NCBI RefSeq assembly: GCF_009914755.1
Contig: NC_060947.1
Strand: one strand, 5' to 3'
DNA from: the human T2T-CHM13v2.0 reference genome, Homo sapiens
DNA: 64,000 nt
Positions 46,082-63,294 of this stretch are shown here, in pieces. Position 1 is the first letter of the stretch, and every line of letters starts with the position of its first letter. The notes under the pieces were generated by a model. It was not told the origin of the DNA, ran no database searches, and worked only from the letters and a program-made list of their open reading frames with translations. The position numbers and the translations under genes were made by a program.

Positions 46082-46776
46082 GGTTCCAGCTCATCTTTTA
46101 GTGCCAATCCCTGGGTGTGATGTAACAACCAGGCCAGCTCCAAAGTAAACTCTAATAAATAAAAGATAAATTTGAGAAAGCCAACACCATTTAAACAACA
46201 AGACAATAAGATTATTCCATAAATTTGACAGGGAAATGGACTATCTGGAAAAATGACATTTACATTGTTATACTACTATGGAGTAGAATGTAGAGCATCC
46301 AGGAATAGACTCACACACATAGTGTTACTTGACTTATGATAAAGTGATAGAGTAGTATAGTTGGAAAATAAAACTGCTAGTTCAACAGGATATCCATTTT
46401 TAAAAAATGAATTATTCATCCCCATCTTAGAAAATACTCCAGGGTAATGATTTGGGCTAAAACAAATACTCCAGGCAACTGATTGTCATCAAAGAACTAA
46501 TGATAGAGGTGAGATGCACCTACCCAGGGAACAAGAGTGGGAAGGAGAGATTCTCCTGATGAGATTCATCATTCACGCTAGTGTACTGGTTTAAGAAATG
46601 TTAATAGCAATGGAGCAGAATGTTAGACTGCAGACTACTAATTAATTTGAAAGGTTTTCCATATTTTTATAAAGATAAAAATAAGAGGTAATTTCTCTGT
46701 TGACTCAGTAAACTTTTAGAAGAATCTGTTGCTGTCAATGTTCTAATCCCTTGATTCTTTTTTGCCTTTTGCCATT

Positions 46777-47260
46777 TGTGATTGTTAATTTTATATGTCA
46801 TCTTGACTGGGTTAAGGGATATCCAGAAAGCTAATAGAACATTATTTCTGCATATATTCATAAGGGTGTTTCCAGAAGAGATTAGCATTTGAATCAGTAG
46901 ACTGAGTAAAGAAGATCATCCCTCACCAGTGTAGGTGGGCATTATGCAATCCTTTGGGGGCCCGCATAGAATAAAAAGATGGGAAAAAGGCAAATCTGCT
47001 CTCTTTTCAGGAGCTGGTATAAGCCATCTCTGCTGCCCTGGGACATGAGAGCTCCTGGTTTTTGGGCCTTCAGACTCCAGGATTTACTCTGGTTTTCAGG
47101 CCTTTAACCTTGGACTGAGTTACAACACCAGCTTTCTTGGTTCTCTGGCTTGCTGACTGCACATCATGGAACTTCTCAGCCTCCATAATTGCATGGGCCA
47201 ATTCCCATAATAAATTTCCTCTTATCTATTGGTTCTGTTTATCTGGAGAACCCTATTACA
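46777..47260 (+). mobile_element. MLT2-type (ERVL) solo LTR
   Basis: TGTGATTGTTAATTTTATATGTCATCTTGACTGG start; ATTGGTTCTGTTTATCTGGAGAACCCT..ACA end. Confidence 0.8.
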
Positions 47261-47554
47261 CCTTCCATAGTTCACTAGACTGTTAACCTATAATTTCTGA
47301 GACTATAAAAAAAGGTTTTTGAAGTGGCCTAGAGTTTGTCTTTTAAATAGTTAAGAACTATTCAATATATTTGTTAAAGAACAGATACAGAAATCAGAAG
47401 TGAGGGGTATCTCTCTTACAGCAAAATGTTTGTTCAAAATACCTCTACCTCATTTCATTTGAAAACATTTCTTCATTCGAAAACATTATAATATGCAAAT
47501 TGTTATTCTTGTTGTATCTTCTTATCAGCCACAAGAATCTCAAGAATTTTATAT

Positions 47555-47927
<373 letters not shown>

Positions 47928-48027
47928 TGAAAATCAAAATGAAAAGAAATTGAGACAATATATTCCAAATGATTACATTCATAATAATATTTTCAATGAA
48001 TAAGGACTCATAAAATATATTAGAAAA

Positions 48028-49420
48028 AGTCTTTCTTGGGTTAAATCTGCTTGGTGTTCTGTAACCTTGTACTTGAATATTAATATATTTTTCTAGATTT
48101 AGGAAGTTCTCGATTATCCCTTTGAATAAACTATCTACCGCTACCTCTCTACTTCCTTTTTAAGGCCAATACCTCTTAGATTTGCCCTTTTGAGGCTATT
48201 TTGTAGACCTTGTAGGCATGCTTCATTCATTTTTATTCTTTTTCTTTTGTCTCCTCTGACTCTGTATTTTCAAATAGGCTGTCTTCAAGCTCAATAATTC
48301 TTTTTTCTGCTTTATCAATTTTGCTAGTAACAGACTCTGATGCATTCTTTAGTATGTCAATTGATTTATTAATCTCCAGAATTTCTGCTTGATTCTTTTA
48401 AATTATTTTAATCACTTTGTTAAATTTATCTGATAGGATTCTGAATTCCTTCTCTGTGTTGTCTTGGGTGTCATTGATCTTCCTTAAAATAGTTATTTTG
48501 AATTCTCTGTCTGAAAAGTCATATATCTCTGTCTCTCTGGGACTGGTACTGATGTCTTACTTAGTTCATTTGGTGAGGTCGTGTTTTCTTGTATTGTTTC
48601 GATGCTTGTGTATGTTTTTTCATGTCTGGGCGTTGAAGAGTTAGGCACAGCACGAGGACTTGCACAGAAATTGCAGGCTTTGTGACCTAGACTGCATTTC
48701 AAGTTTATTTAGAATCCCAGATAACTTTAGCCTGTGGTGGTGAAGCTTGCTGGAACTCAGGTTCCAGCCATTTGATGGGGAATTTTCCTCCGGTTAGGGC
48801 TGGTCTAAATGCTCCCTCTGTGGGTGCCGGCTGACTCCTGCCCCATGTTGCTTTCTGCTGTGACAGGGGATCACTGAGTTTCAAGGCAAAGTCCCACTAT
48901 AACTACACTCTCCCTCCCCCAAGTGCACAGATTCTCTCTCCATGCCACACAACCACCCCTGTGGAATGAAGGAGGGGTGGTGTAGGTGATTCAAGACTGT
49001 GTTTCCTACCCCCTTTATTGCTTTTTTTTTTTTTGAGACAGAGTCTTGCTGTGTTGCCCAGGCTGGAGTGCAATGGCACGATCTTGGCTCACTGCAACCT
49101 CCACCTCTGGGTCCTCCCGAGTAGCTGGGATTACAAGCACGCGCCATCACGTTCAGCTAATTTTTGTCTTCTTAGTAGAGACAGGGTTTCACCATGTTGG
49201 CCAGACTGGTCTTGAACTCTTGACCTCATGATCTGCCCGCCTCGGCCTTCAACATTGTTTCTTTTTTAATAGGATGTTAAAACCAGGTACTATGATTGTT
49301 CATTTGATTTTTGGTTCTTATGGAAGTACTTTTTTTGTGTGGATAGTTGTTCAGTTTGGTCTCCTGCATGGGGACTGATCACTGGAGGCTTGTATTCAGC
49401 CATCCTGCTCTGCCTCCTTT
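48028..49420 (-). mobile_element. Older L1 5'/ORF1-region fragment, interrupted by an internally deleted Alu (about 49022-49250)
   Basis: L1 ORF1-like reverse text (CTGTATTTTCAAATAGGCTGTCTTCAAGCTC; TCTCCAGAATTTCTGCTTGATTC). Confidence 0.7.
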
Positions 49421-51693
49421 CATTTTTGTTGTTTTAAGTGACCCAGTTTGTAGTAATTTCTTTCCACATTTCTAGGAAACTAATACAGGCACCGTAATAA
49501 ATATTTACTTGTGTACATTATTTCATTGTTTCCTCATAGAACCCTATGAATTACTCATTATTTTACAAATGAAGAAAGTGAAGCCAAGAGTATGAGGGAT
49601 CTGCCAAAGTCACCCAGCTCATAACCTGGAAAGCCAGGATTTAAGCCCAGCTGGTTTCTCCCTCCAAAGCCTGCTTGAACCACATGGTGCCTAATGTAAA
49701 ACAGGGGGTTGAACCATCTCCCAGTGTTTATTGGTGTTCTGAGAAGGTCCTTGTGACTTATCTGGGTATCTGAGTCTCCAGTCTTGTTTGCAAATCTCTG
49801 TTGTAGTGTGTGTAGGAATTAAAAGAACATAACCACCTCATAGGTTCTTATTTGCTTAAGATCGTACACCTTGTATAACTTTTCAAACCTATTATCTCAT
49901 TCTTATGGGCTATTCAATTACAGAAAGCTAATTTTGTCAAAGCTGTTTGGTGAAACGCCTCTTTTCTCAGCTCACCTGGCTTGCGCTAATGAGAATAGTG
50001 CCATCTGTTGGCCACTTCCTTGAACTATATCTAAAAGCCCTTGGGAGGGTGTTGCTAAGGCTTTCAGCAAGAGACACAGTCATCACTGCATCACAGGCTT
50101 TGATAAGGGAAAAAGAAAGGCTACAAGGCCATGGGGCACAGGAAAGGAGTGAAGGAAGCAGGTGTCAGTGTGAGGCCGCAGAGCCTCAACTTTAACCATT
50201 TTGCTGTGATTCCCAGGGTAATATGATCTGACATTTTATTAAATTTGACATTAAACCTGCAGTCATTCCCAGGTGGCATGTATGTGGAGAGTTGCTGTCA
50301 CCAGGAAAAGTCACAGAAAGTGAGAAACTAGGCAATGGAAGAGAGATGGGTCTGTCAGTTTCAAATGTTAAAAGGCACTGTGAACGTTGCTTCCTCTTCA
50401 TGAACCGCTGTGCCCATGGGGCAGAAAGGGAGGCAGGTGCAGAGGGGCACAGTAACATGCTCATGTTCCCAGGGCTGGTGAGCCAGAAGCTGAACCTCCA
50501 AGCCAACCTTTGAGCTCCCAGGCTGACCTCTTCCCTCTGCACTTCCATGGGCAAAAGCCTGTAGAAAAGGGAAGTGGAAAGAGGAGTATGGGAAATACAA
50601 CTGAGGGTCTGGGGCAAGGCTTTGCATCACATCTGAGCAAAAACTGCTTTAACCAGTGCTCAGATTTGCCATGGTGTTCACTTGGAAAGGCCTTTAGAAA
50701 AGACATTCCAGGAAAACTGCACTGAGAGCGCTTTTGTAGTATTAATGGAATCACCTTCCAGCTGTGTCTGGTGTGTCCAGTGGGATTCATGTTGCATGTG
50801 CCCTGATATTTCTTTTTAACATGCATGATTTGAAAAATGAAATCCTTGGGTGCCAGTCTCTGGGAACTGGGAAGGCCATCTTGCTGCTCTGCTGGTCTGG
50901 GTGGCCCAGTTTTTCTGATTCCACCTTTTCCCTAAAGGTAGCGACGTCACCCATACCCTAGATTACTTCCTTGGTAGTGGTGAGGAGCATCACATTCCTG
51001 TTAGTTGAGCCCTCACTCACACCCTGGCTCCTACTCTGCACTTACATGTTCCTGTGAGCTCCTCCTCTAACTGCCCACAGGGAATATGTGCCTGGTGCCC
51101 ACCACAGGATCAGACATGGAGAGGGGCTAGAGAATAAGTCATGAGTCCATTTTCAAGGTGTCCTGAAGGGCTTTCCTGGAGCATGAAGGCCTTCTGATTT
51201 TGCCAGGTGGTGGGGGATTGTGGCATGAATTAGTATATGTGGGGGGAAAGAAGGGAGGTTTGGTTAATGAGTGAACCCCTGATATCTGTAGGAAGTGGTG
51301 TTTTGAGTGGAAAAGCAGCCATGGTTGTTACAGATGGATTCTGGCGGCCAGGAAGAGGAAGTGCTGTCATGGCCGCCACAGAGGGAGCCTTCCAAGAAAT
51401 GGCTAGTGGCAGGCATGAGTCAATCTGGACTCAGAAGGCCCTGGGGACTGCTCTGCCAAACTGGGAGAGGGCCCAAGTTTCAGCATGGTTCCAGGTGGCC
51501 AAGTTGGAACAGATGGCAACAGCGACTGGTGTGTTTGCCACAGTCAGCATGGCAGTGGGAGGAGAGCCAATAGGGTACAGCCTGCAGCAAGACTGTCTCC
51601 CAGTCTCAGGGCTCAGAGAGCAAACTCTTGGAAGTTACAGCCTGTTGGTCCTTCTGAATCTCTGAGGGTCTGCTCACCCCACTTGTGAGACTC

Positions 51694-53969
51694 TGATATG
51701 GTTTGGCTGTGTCCTCATCCAAATCTCATCTTGAATTGTAGTTCCCATAATCCACACATGTTGTGGAAGGGACCCAGTGGGAGGTAATTGAATCATGGGG
51801 GTAGCTATCTCCATGCTGTTCTCATGACTGTAAGTTCTCATGAGACATGATGGTTTTATAGGGTGCTTTTCCCCCTTTGTGCTGCACTTCTTTCTCCTGC
51901 CACCATGTGAAGAAGGATGTGTGTGCTTCCCCTTCTACTATGATTGTAAGTTTCCTGAGGCCTCCCCAGCCATGAGGAACTGTGAGTCAATTAAACCTCT
52001 TTTGTTTATAAATTACCCAGACTCGGGTATTTCTTCATAGCAGTGTGAGAAAGGACTAATACAGTAAATTGGTACCAGGAGTAGTGAGGTGTTGCTATAA
52101 AGATACCTGAAAATGTGGAAGTGACTTTGGAACTGGGTAACAGGAAGAGGTTGGAACAGTTTGGAGGGCTCAGAAGAAGACATGAGAATGTGGGAAAGTT
52201 TGGAACTTCCCAGAGGCTTGTTGAATGGCTTTGACCAAAATGCTGATAGTGATAGGGACAATGAAATCCAGGCTGAGGTGGTCTTAGATGGAGATGAGGA
52301 ACTTGTTGGGAACTGTAGTAAAGGTCACTCTTGCTATGACAAGAGATTGGCAGCATTGTGCCCCAGCCCTAGAGATCTGTGGAACTTTGAACTTCAGAGA
52401 GATGATTTAGGGTATTTGGTGGAAGAAATTTCTAGGTGGCAAAATGTTCAAGAGGAAGCAGAGCATAAAAATTTAGAAAATTTGCAGCCTGATGATGTGA
52501 CAGAAAGGAAAACCCCATTTTCTGGGGAGAAATTCAAGCCTGCTGAAGAAATTTGCATAAGTAGCGAGGAGCTGAATGTTAATCACCAAGACAATGGGAA
52601 AAATGTCTCCGGGGCATGTGAGAGACCTTCATGGCAGCCCCTCCCATCATAGGCCTGGAGGCCTAGGAGGGATCAATGGTTTCCTGGGCCAGGCCCAGGG
52701 CCACCCTGCTCTGTGCAGCCTCAGGACATGGTGTCCTGTGTCCCAGGTGCTTCAGCTCCAGCTGTGGCTAAAAGAGGCCAAGGTACAGCTCAGGCCATTG
52801 GTTCAGAGGGTGCAAGCTCTAAGCCTTGGTGACTTCCATGTGGTGTTGAGACTGTGGGTGCACGGAAGTCATGAACTGAGGTTTGGGAACCTCTGCCTTG
52901 ATTTCAGAGGATATATGGAAATGCCTGGATGTCCATTCAGAAGTTTCCTGCAGGGGCAGAGCCCTCATGGAGAACCTCTGCTAGGGCAGTACAGAAGGGA
53001 AATGTGGAGTTGGAGCCCCCACACAGAGTCACCACTGGGGCACTGCCTAGTGGACCTGTGAGAAGCGGGCCACCATTCTCCAGACTGCAGACCCCAGAAT
53101 GGCAGATCCACCAACAGCTTGCACCGTGTGCCTGGAAAAGCCACAGATGCTCAATGCCAGCCTGTGAAAGCAGCTGGGAGGGGGGCTGTACCCTGCAAAG
53201 CCACAAGGGCAGAGCTGCCCAAGGCCGTGGACATCAGCATGACCTGGATATGAGACATGGAGTCAAAGGAGATAATTTTGGAACTTTAAGGCATAATGAC
53301 TGGCCTATTGGATTTCGGACTTGCATGGGGCCTGTAGCCCCTTTGTTTTGGCCGATTTCTCCCATTTAGAATGTATGTATTTACCCAATGCCTGTACCCA
53401 CATCATATCTAGGAAGTAACTAACTTGCTTTCAATTTTACAGGCTCTTATGTAGAAGGGAACTGCCTTGTCTCAGACTTTGGATTTGGACTTTTGGGTTA
53501 ATGCTGGAATGAGCTAAGCCTTTAGGGGACTGTTGGAGAGGCATAATTGTGTTTTGACATGTGAGGACATGAGATTTGGGAGGGGCCAGGGGTGGAATGA
53601 TATGGTTTGGCTGTGTCCCCACCCAAATCTCATCTTGGATTATAGTTCCCACAATCCCCACATGTGGTGGAGGGGACCTGGTGGGAGGTAATTGAATCAT
53701 GGGCTTGGTTACCCCATGTTGTTCTCATGATAATGAGTGAGTTCTCATGAAATCTGATGGTTTTATAAGGGGTTTTTCCCCCTTTGCTCGGCACTTCTCT
53801 CTCTTGCCACCTTGTGAAGAAGGATGTGTTTGCTTCCCCTTCCACAATGATTGTAAGCTTCTTGAGGCCTCCCCAGCCATGCAGAACTGTGAGTCAAGTA
53901 AACCCTTTTTCTTTATAATTACCCAGTCTTGGTTATTTCTTCATAGCAGTGTAGGAATAGACTAATACA
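51694..53969 (+). mobile_element. Full-length THE1 (THE1B/C-like) MaLR element: LTR-internal-LTR
   Basis: LTRs 51694-52063 and 53598-53969; internal starts GTAAATTGGTACCAG; MaLR ORF remnant EGSEEDMRMWESLELPRGLLNGFDQNADSD; perfect 5-bp TSD GACTC (51689-51693, 53970-53974). Confidence 0.93.
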
Positions 53970-54589
53970 GACTCAATGTCTGCTCTTCATCAATGTCATA
54001 TTTAAATATTGTGGCAAGTGACTGAGCCGCCTCGGCTGGTTGCTGTTGCCTGGGGTCCTGCTTGTCACTTGATCCTCTTCCTGGGAGGAACTGGGAATGT
54101 GAGATGATGTGGGGTTGTGTCCAGAGGGTCAGGCATTCATGTGTTTGTGGCATCCATTAACTACAAGGCCAAGACATCCATGTCCAAGGAGAAGGCCCCA
54201 GGGTTAGAGCCAGGAGCCCAGACTAAAGGCAGTGTGGGCGAGCCTGCCAGCATGGGAGGGGAATGTTCTGCTTTTTCTCCAAAACAGGAGGCCAGGAGGA
54301 AGAGTCAAGGAGTCTGTGCTGTTCTCCACTGGTCAGGCAGTTGAGGAATATGGCCAGATCAGTCCTCAATGATCCCATCGTTCACTAGAGATTCCCACTC
54401 TCTGAGCCACCCTAATGGGGAAGGAGTTGAGGGCTAGGATTGCTTGGGAACTAATGGGATGGGGCTACTTTTGTAAGCTTTTTATACCACAGGGGCAGGA
54501 CAAGGGCTGCAGGGGATTGAATGAAAGGCCAGGAGAGAAGTTCATCTATGGAAAAGGCCCAGTGGTGAGATAGTAAAATGTGTCAGCAA

Positions 54590-55945
<1,356 letters not shown>

Positions 55946-56399
55946 CTGGAATGTTTATAAAAACAAAACCACAGAAAAAAACCAAACAACCAAGAAACCA
56001 AACTCCCCAAATAAACAATAAAGGGAAACAACCAAGAGGCATGAGAAATGCATGATACCTTCACACAAGAGACTACTAGGTGGCTTTGGATATAGAAAAA
56101 TACCTAATAACATGGAAAGATAAAGATGAAGTGGGAGGAGAAGTTTTCAAAGTAGTATGTTCTTTCTCCTTCCCTCCACCAACACAAAGTAGAAATTTGT
56201 CCAAACGCAGCAGTTTCCCTTGTGGGTGGGTGAACAGGAGTAGGATGAGGTTTTGCATGCTCTTTATATTTCCCACTTCTTAATGTATTTGCTCTGGTGC
56301 CCCCGGAACTGCCTGCTTAGCTGCTCTCTTGCCCTCTCCTGACTCAATCTCTTAGGTCCCAATCAATCTCTGGAGGGAGGATGGAGAAAAGACAGGTGA

Positions 56400-56780
<381 letters not shown>

Positions 56781-58247
56781 ACACCTGGATTTCTTATCTG
56801 CCTCCTGGACCCCACCCAGAAAGAACAGGGTCATCTTCCACCTTTGCTATTCCATTCCACCATTACTCCAGCCCAATTCCCTGCCTCTCCAGGGGCACTG
56901 GGAGCTCAGGAAAAGAGATTCTGCTTGGGGTTCTATTTCAGACTTGGTTCCTGTCCTTGATTTCTCTGTAAAATGGAGATAAAGGTTAGGTGGTTGTGGG
57001 ATTATGATGAGATTAGGAATGCAAAGCACCTAGAATGGTGCCTGGCACATGGCAGGCTCTCATCGGATGTCCGTTCCCTTCACTTGGTTCCCTTTCCCCA
57101 CAGTAACAAGGCTTCTCCAGGTGAGAGCTGATGACAAACGTTGAACAGACATTGTATTCGCTGCTGACAAGCATCCCAAAGGAACCTTACTAAAAACTCC
57201 AGGTTGTGCAGTTTGCCTGGCACCATACAGTAGTAAGTGGAAGAGCTGGATTCACGGCTCAGGGCTTTGGTCTCCTGGGGTCCCATTTGAGCAGAACCGG
57301 CCTTCCTGCCTTCCCTTCCTCTGTTGCAAGGATGGGCCTCTTCAGGAGGCCTTGGAGCCAGGCTCTGGGGGTATCATCCCCCATCTTGGTTTGCCAAGTC
57401 ACGTGATCCCTGGAGTGGGGATGGGACCATCAGGGACTGAAGAGGACCATCTAGACAAAGGGGAGGGAAGCTCAGGGACTGGGGTCCATTTCTCCTGTGG
57501 TGGCAGATGCCATAGGATGTTGGCACTAGTGCTTTTGGAGGGGTTCTTATCAGGGTGCTGTGACCCCTGGGTAGCCCTTGGCAACAGGAGTGCCCCCAGG
57601 GCCCCTAAACTCAGACTGCACTCCTGAGTCTGAGCATAGCCCTGTGTCCTCAGGATGCCTCTCACCTAGGCATCTTCCTCTAACACTCCCCTCGGCCTTC
57701 CCTCTCCCACCTTTTGCCTGCTTGCCAACCCTTACAGCAGCCATTAGGGAGCTCTCTCCTGTGGGAGCCACTAAGGAGGGGGACTCTGATGGGACAGAGT
57801 TTGCCTCCAAGGCTGGGGAAGGGAAGGAGGCTTCTAGGGCCAGGTCCTTTATCTTCTCCAGGGTTCTGCAGTAACCTGGCTGGTAGGGAGGCAGTGGGAG
57901 GTGACCTCAGGCAGGGAGAAGGGTCTCAGCGCTACACGAAATGACCTGCGTGGAGTCTGTTTCAGTTCACTTCACCGTAGTCCACCCTCAGGATTCTACT
58001 GACTTAGGCACTTTTGATCACCAGACTCTAAAACGGAAGAGGACTTATGTTTTGGGTCATTTGAACAGAGACTGTCAACAGGACAAGCAGCCACCTCTCA
58101 GGGCCAGGCCAGGCTGCTGCCTGCTTCTCATGGGGCAGTGGTCTGGGTCAAGTCAGTTCTCAGCACAGCCTCTGAACAGGAAACACGGTCCCTGCTACAG
58201 CCTCCCCCAGCCCTACTCCTCAGAGGCTTTTCCCTGCCAGCTCCTGG

Positions 58248-58297
58248 CCATGGGAGCCGGTGACCTTGCCATGGGAGCCGGTGACCTCACCATGGGG
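58248..58297. repeat. Short 21-bp tandem repeat (CCATGGGAGCCGGTGACCT..), about 2.4 copies
   Basis: Directly visible. Confidence 0.8.
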
Positions 58298-61200
58298 CCT
58301 CTCTCCACCTGGGGCCATTGCATCACCCCCACCAGACACGGAAGGCCTCCAGTTGGGATTTTAGTGTATTAAACCAAGGACTTTTTTTTTTTTTTAAACT
58401 TAGAGAAAACAAGAAGACGTGACAACACCAGAAACAAGAACATCTCTCTGGCCAGCCTGTGCTGACCAGTACACAGTGAATCACACACAGAAACGTATGT
58501 CATTCCGGTCGGTGTCTAGAAGCTCCACCGCCTAGAAAACAGACTGCAAATAAATAAAGTGCATGGAGACCCCATCACGCAGCAAGGGCCCTGTAGGGGA
58601 GAGAAGAGGTGGGGAGGGGAGGTAGAGAAGCAGCAGGCGGGGCTACCACTTCAGGCAGCAGGGGTGAAAAGGCAGGGACAGGAGCAAATGCTGAGGGCTT
58701 AGCCCTGCTCCTCCCCAGCCAGCCCCTCTAGGCCAATATAGCCACAGCAGAAGCCACGGGGGGTGGGCGGACATGGACATCCGTGACCCTCTTATGGGGT
58801 GGGTTCCCTGCAGTCGGGGGTCTCTGAGGGTAGGGACCCCTGCAGCTCCGACACACATTTCTCCCAGTAGGGAAGCAGCTTCCAGAGTCCCAGGATGAGC
58901 CCCTTGCATGGGGAGGGCTCAGGCACCCCCCACTGTATCACACATGCAATCAGCAAAGAACTTTCCTCCACCCTTCCTGGCTGGCCCAGGAAGAGGCTGG
59001 AGCTAGGGATCCAGTCACCCAGAGGGTGACACCAGGGTTTGAAAGGGCCACATCTGTGCATCAGACACAAGGAGGCCCCTCACTCCTCTTCTCCTCCAGC
59101 TCTGTATCACTCTTGTCCCACAGAGGCTGCCCCCAGAGATCTGTTGGGGGGACCAGCAGGCTGACAGGCCCCCAGAGGTGGTCAAGGGTGGACAGGGTTG
59201 GGGCGGATGAGAGAGGCCAGCAAGGTCAGGGGTTCTCAGGAGACTTGGGACAAGGAGGCACCCCATCGGGCCCTGGCTGTGGGAGACTGCAGGGGGCACG
59301 AGGCAGCCACTGTCCAGCCTCTTCTGGGGTGAGGCAGGCGGACAGCTTCATTCAGGACCTGGGTCCAGTGGCCTGCTGAGGAGGGTACGTGGTAGGTGGT
59401 TGGATCACTCTGTCCCTGGAGCTGGCCAGACTGCTGCAGTTTTCAATCCCAGGAACTGAGAATGTGGCCCTCAGGGTACCAGTGCAAGAGATGCGGAAAT
59501 GGGGATAGCAGGTGAGGGCGAGGGTCCCTTCCTGGCTCCCCTCTGGGCTGCTCTTGAGCATTGTACACCAGTTAGCAGCACAACCGGGGGCCCCCAGGAC
59601 CAATCCAAGCCGTGAGGATGAGATTCTCCTGTGTGATCCTGGGGATGGCGGGGGGGTCGAGCTTGAGGAGAGAGAATTGGGGTCATGCCATGGGTCTCAG
59701 CCCCAGCCCACCCCAGGTTTATCCCTTCACCCTCCTGGTTATGTCGTGTCTCCAGGAGCCATGACACCACCATCAGCCCCACTTGCCCACCAAACTGGGA
59801 GGTTTGTGCCACTTCACTGCTGAAAAGCCCTTGGTGAAGCTCCAGGTGGGGTGGGGAGGCTAGGCTGTGGGGGAAAGCTTGGCTCCCCAGGGATCCTGGG
59901 GCCCATCTCTCCTGTCTGCCATCTCAGCTGTCTGTCCTAATCTTTCCTGTGATCTTCTGTACTGCTCCAAAGAAAGCGAGATCCCCAGATTCCCTACCCT
60001 TGGGCCCCTCTCCCTTGGTGCCCTAGGAGCCCTATGCTTCCCTCTTCACTTTCCCCTCCCTCCTCCCATCATGCCAGGTCTTGGAGAAGACTGGGGAGGG
60101 GTGTGGGAGCCTGCAGGCCCAGGGGCACACGCAGTTCCTCCTCATCCTATCTGCATGTCAAGGGCAAATCCCCCCCTCCCCGAAGCCTCGGTTTCCTCTG
60201 TCATTAGGAGGGGGAAATACACCTCTCTCACAGTGCTGCTAGCCGATTTCAGTTCCCAGGGAACTCAGACCTTCCCTCCCAAGCCAGGACTCGATCACTG
60301 GGCACCCCCACCCCTGTGAGCCTTTGTCCATGCTGTGCCTCTACTAGGAAGGCCCTTCTTCTCCTCTTGTTCAGGCCCTTCACGCTGCCTCTGCCCAAGC
60401 AGGTCCAGGGTCAGAGGTGCCCCAGGGTAGGGATGAGACTCTTGGCAAGGCCAGAGAAGGGGCGGGTCACCGCCTACAAACGTCAATGCCTGAAAGAGAA
60501 AGAAAGAGATGGGGACCTCAGTTGCCTGGCCACCAGATACGTCCTTGCTTCCCCCAGGAATGGCCTCCTCTGCAAGCCCCTCCTCCATCTGCTCTGCCCA
60601 CCCCAGGCTGAGAGCTGCTGTGTGCTCAGGGAGGTCTCTTTTTCCCAGATCACTTCAGTACACAGTGGGCTTCTCGAGGCCGTCTGGGGCTGGAGGATGG
60701 GACTCTGGCCCTGGGAGGGCCTTGCTAGCTACGGTCCTTAGGGAGCATGGGCTGACATGGCGGAAGAGCAAGACTGTGGGGGGAGGGGACGGTAGGAATG
60801 CGTCTCTCCCACTCTTCCCAGTCTCCAAATGCAAAGCTTGCAGGGTGCCCTCAGGTAGGGGCAGGGGAACACGACGGACAGCAGGAGCAGGGAGAGACCA
60901 GTCCTCTGGCCCCAAAGACAGGGCAGGAGGCAGTTTTGCCAAGGGCTGTGCAGGAGCTGCAGAGAGACCCAGGGCTGAGGGCTGAGAAGAGAACAGACGT
61001 AGGGCTCGGCCTAGAAGAGAACCGTCCTCCCTATGCCCACCGACTGGTGGGGAAGAGAAGGGTGGGGGCATCGTTGCTCCTCTAGGGCCTTCCCGGGGCC
61101 GCCCCCAGCCCACTACCTTCCATTCCCCAGGTTTCAGTGGACACCCTGGGGGCCTCTGCGGAAAGGGAGGCCGGCACTGGGGAATGAGCGGGAGGCGGCT

Positions 61201-61479
61201 GCCCCTCACCCTATCCTGCAATCATGACTGGGGAGGAGGGGAGAGCCTGCGGCTGCCTTTCCTTTCCCCACCTGGGCTCCACAGCTCTTCGGGCTGGTTT
61301 GCTCCGGTGCCTTCCATATTTCCCCCCAACTGCCAAGGCGCCCCGACCTCTGCAGGGCAGAGCCACAGCCCCTCCCCCATTCCAACCTGTCGCCTCCTAC
61401 CTTTCTGCTCGGGGCGGGGAAAGTCAAGTCGCCGCAGCAGAATTCCCTCCTTCTGGTTTCCCCCTCTTTTGCCAATGTG

Positions 61480-62560
<1,081 letters not shown>

Positions 62561-63294
62561 CTGCCTGTTCATATCACTCCCCTTCTCCCACGGTCTCCCC
62601 TGAAAACTTGCCAGCCAAGACCTTTCTTTAATTCGCATTTCTCTTTAATGCGCATAGTGCAGTAATTCTGCGCTAAAGAGTGCCACCAAACCCACAAGCG
62701 TGCATTTTTCCCTTTCTGTTGTATTTGCTGGTCACGTATATCTCTGTGTTGGCGAATTTCCCCGTTGTCCTTCCCTTTCTCAGCAGTCTTCTTGATCCAT
62801 ACAATGTTGTCTCGGGTTTTCATTTGCTCTTATTTATGGCCTTTTTTTTTTTTTGCCGGTGTGCTTAAAAGCCCTTTTGTGGTTTCATTCAATCTTTATT
62901 AAATGTAAACCAATCAAAACCCAGTAGCGTTTTTTCGGACTGTTTAATAAAGCCGGGAAATACTCACACTTTGTTATGGTCATGACTTTTGAAAAACTGT
63001 CCGCAAGAAGAAGGTTCACCCGACCCCATCCCAGTTTTCACAGCAAAGATTGACGTGGGTATTTAAGAACTCTCAAAATACCTGTTCGCCGTCACACTTG
63101 ATCATCTCTATGGTATCCCACGTAACTGTTTAAGGAACGTAGTAGATTCATATACACTGATTAGGCAATTGTCCTACCTACATGATCATGTAAAAAAAGA
63201 CAAAACTGAGCATCAAGGAAACTGAAGGAAATGGTGTGGTGCAGGGCTGATTGGTAGTCCACTTTTCCACCTGCTGCCAAACACAATTAAATAA

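Noticed and set aside
52161-53369. THE1 internal ORFs as protein-coding genes
   Set aside because: Standard fragmented MaLR internal ORF remnants
57995-58050. FDHQTLKRKR resembling the ERV Gag N-terminal FDPQTL(K/R)KK motif
   Set aside because: Only about 10 residues with no flanking Gag or LTR context; chance similarity cannot be excluded
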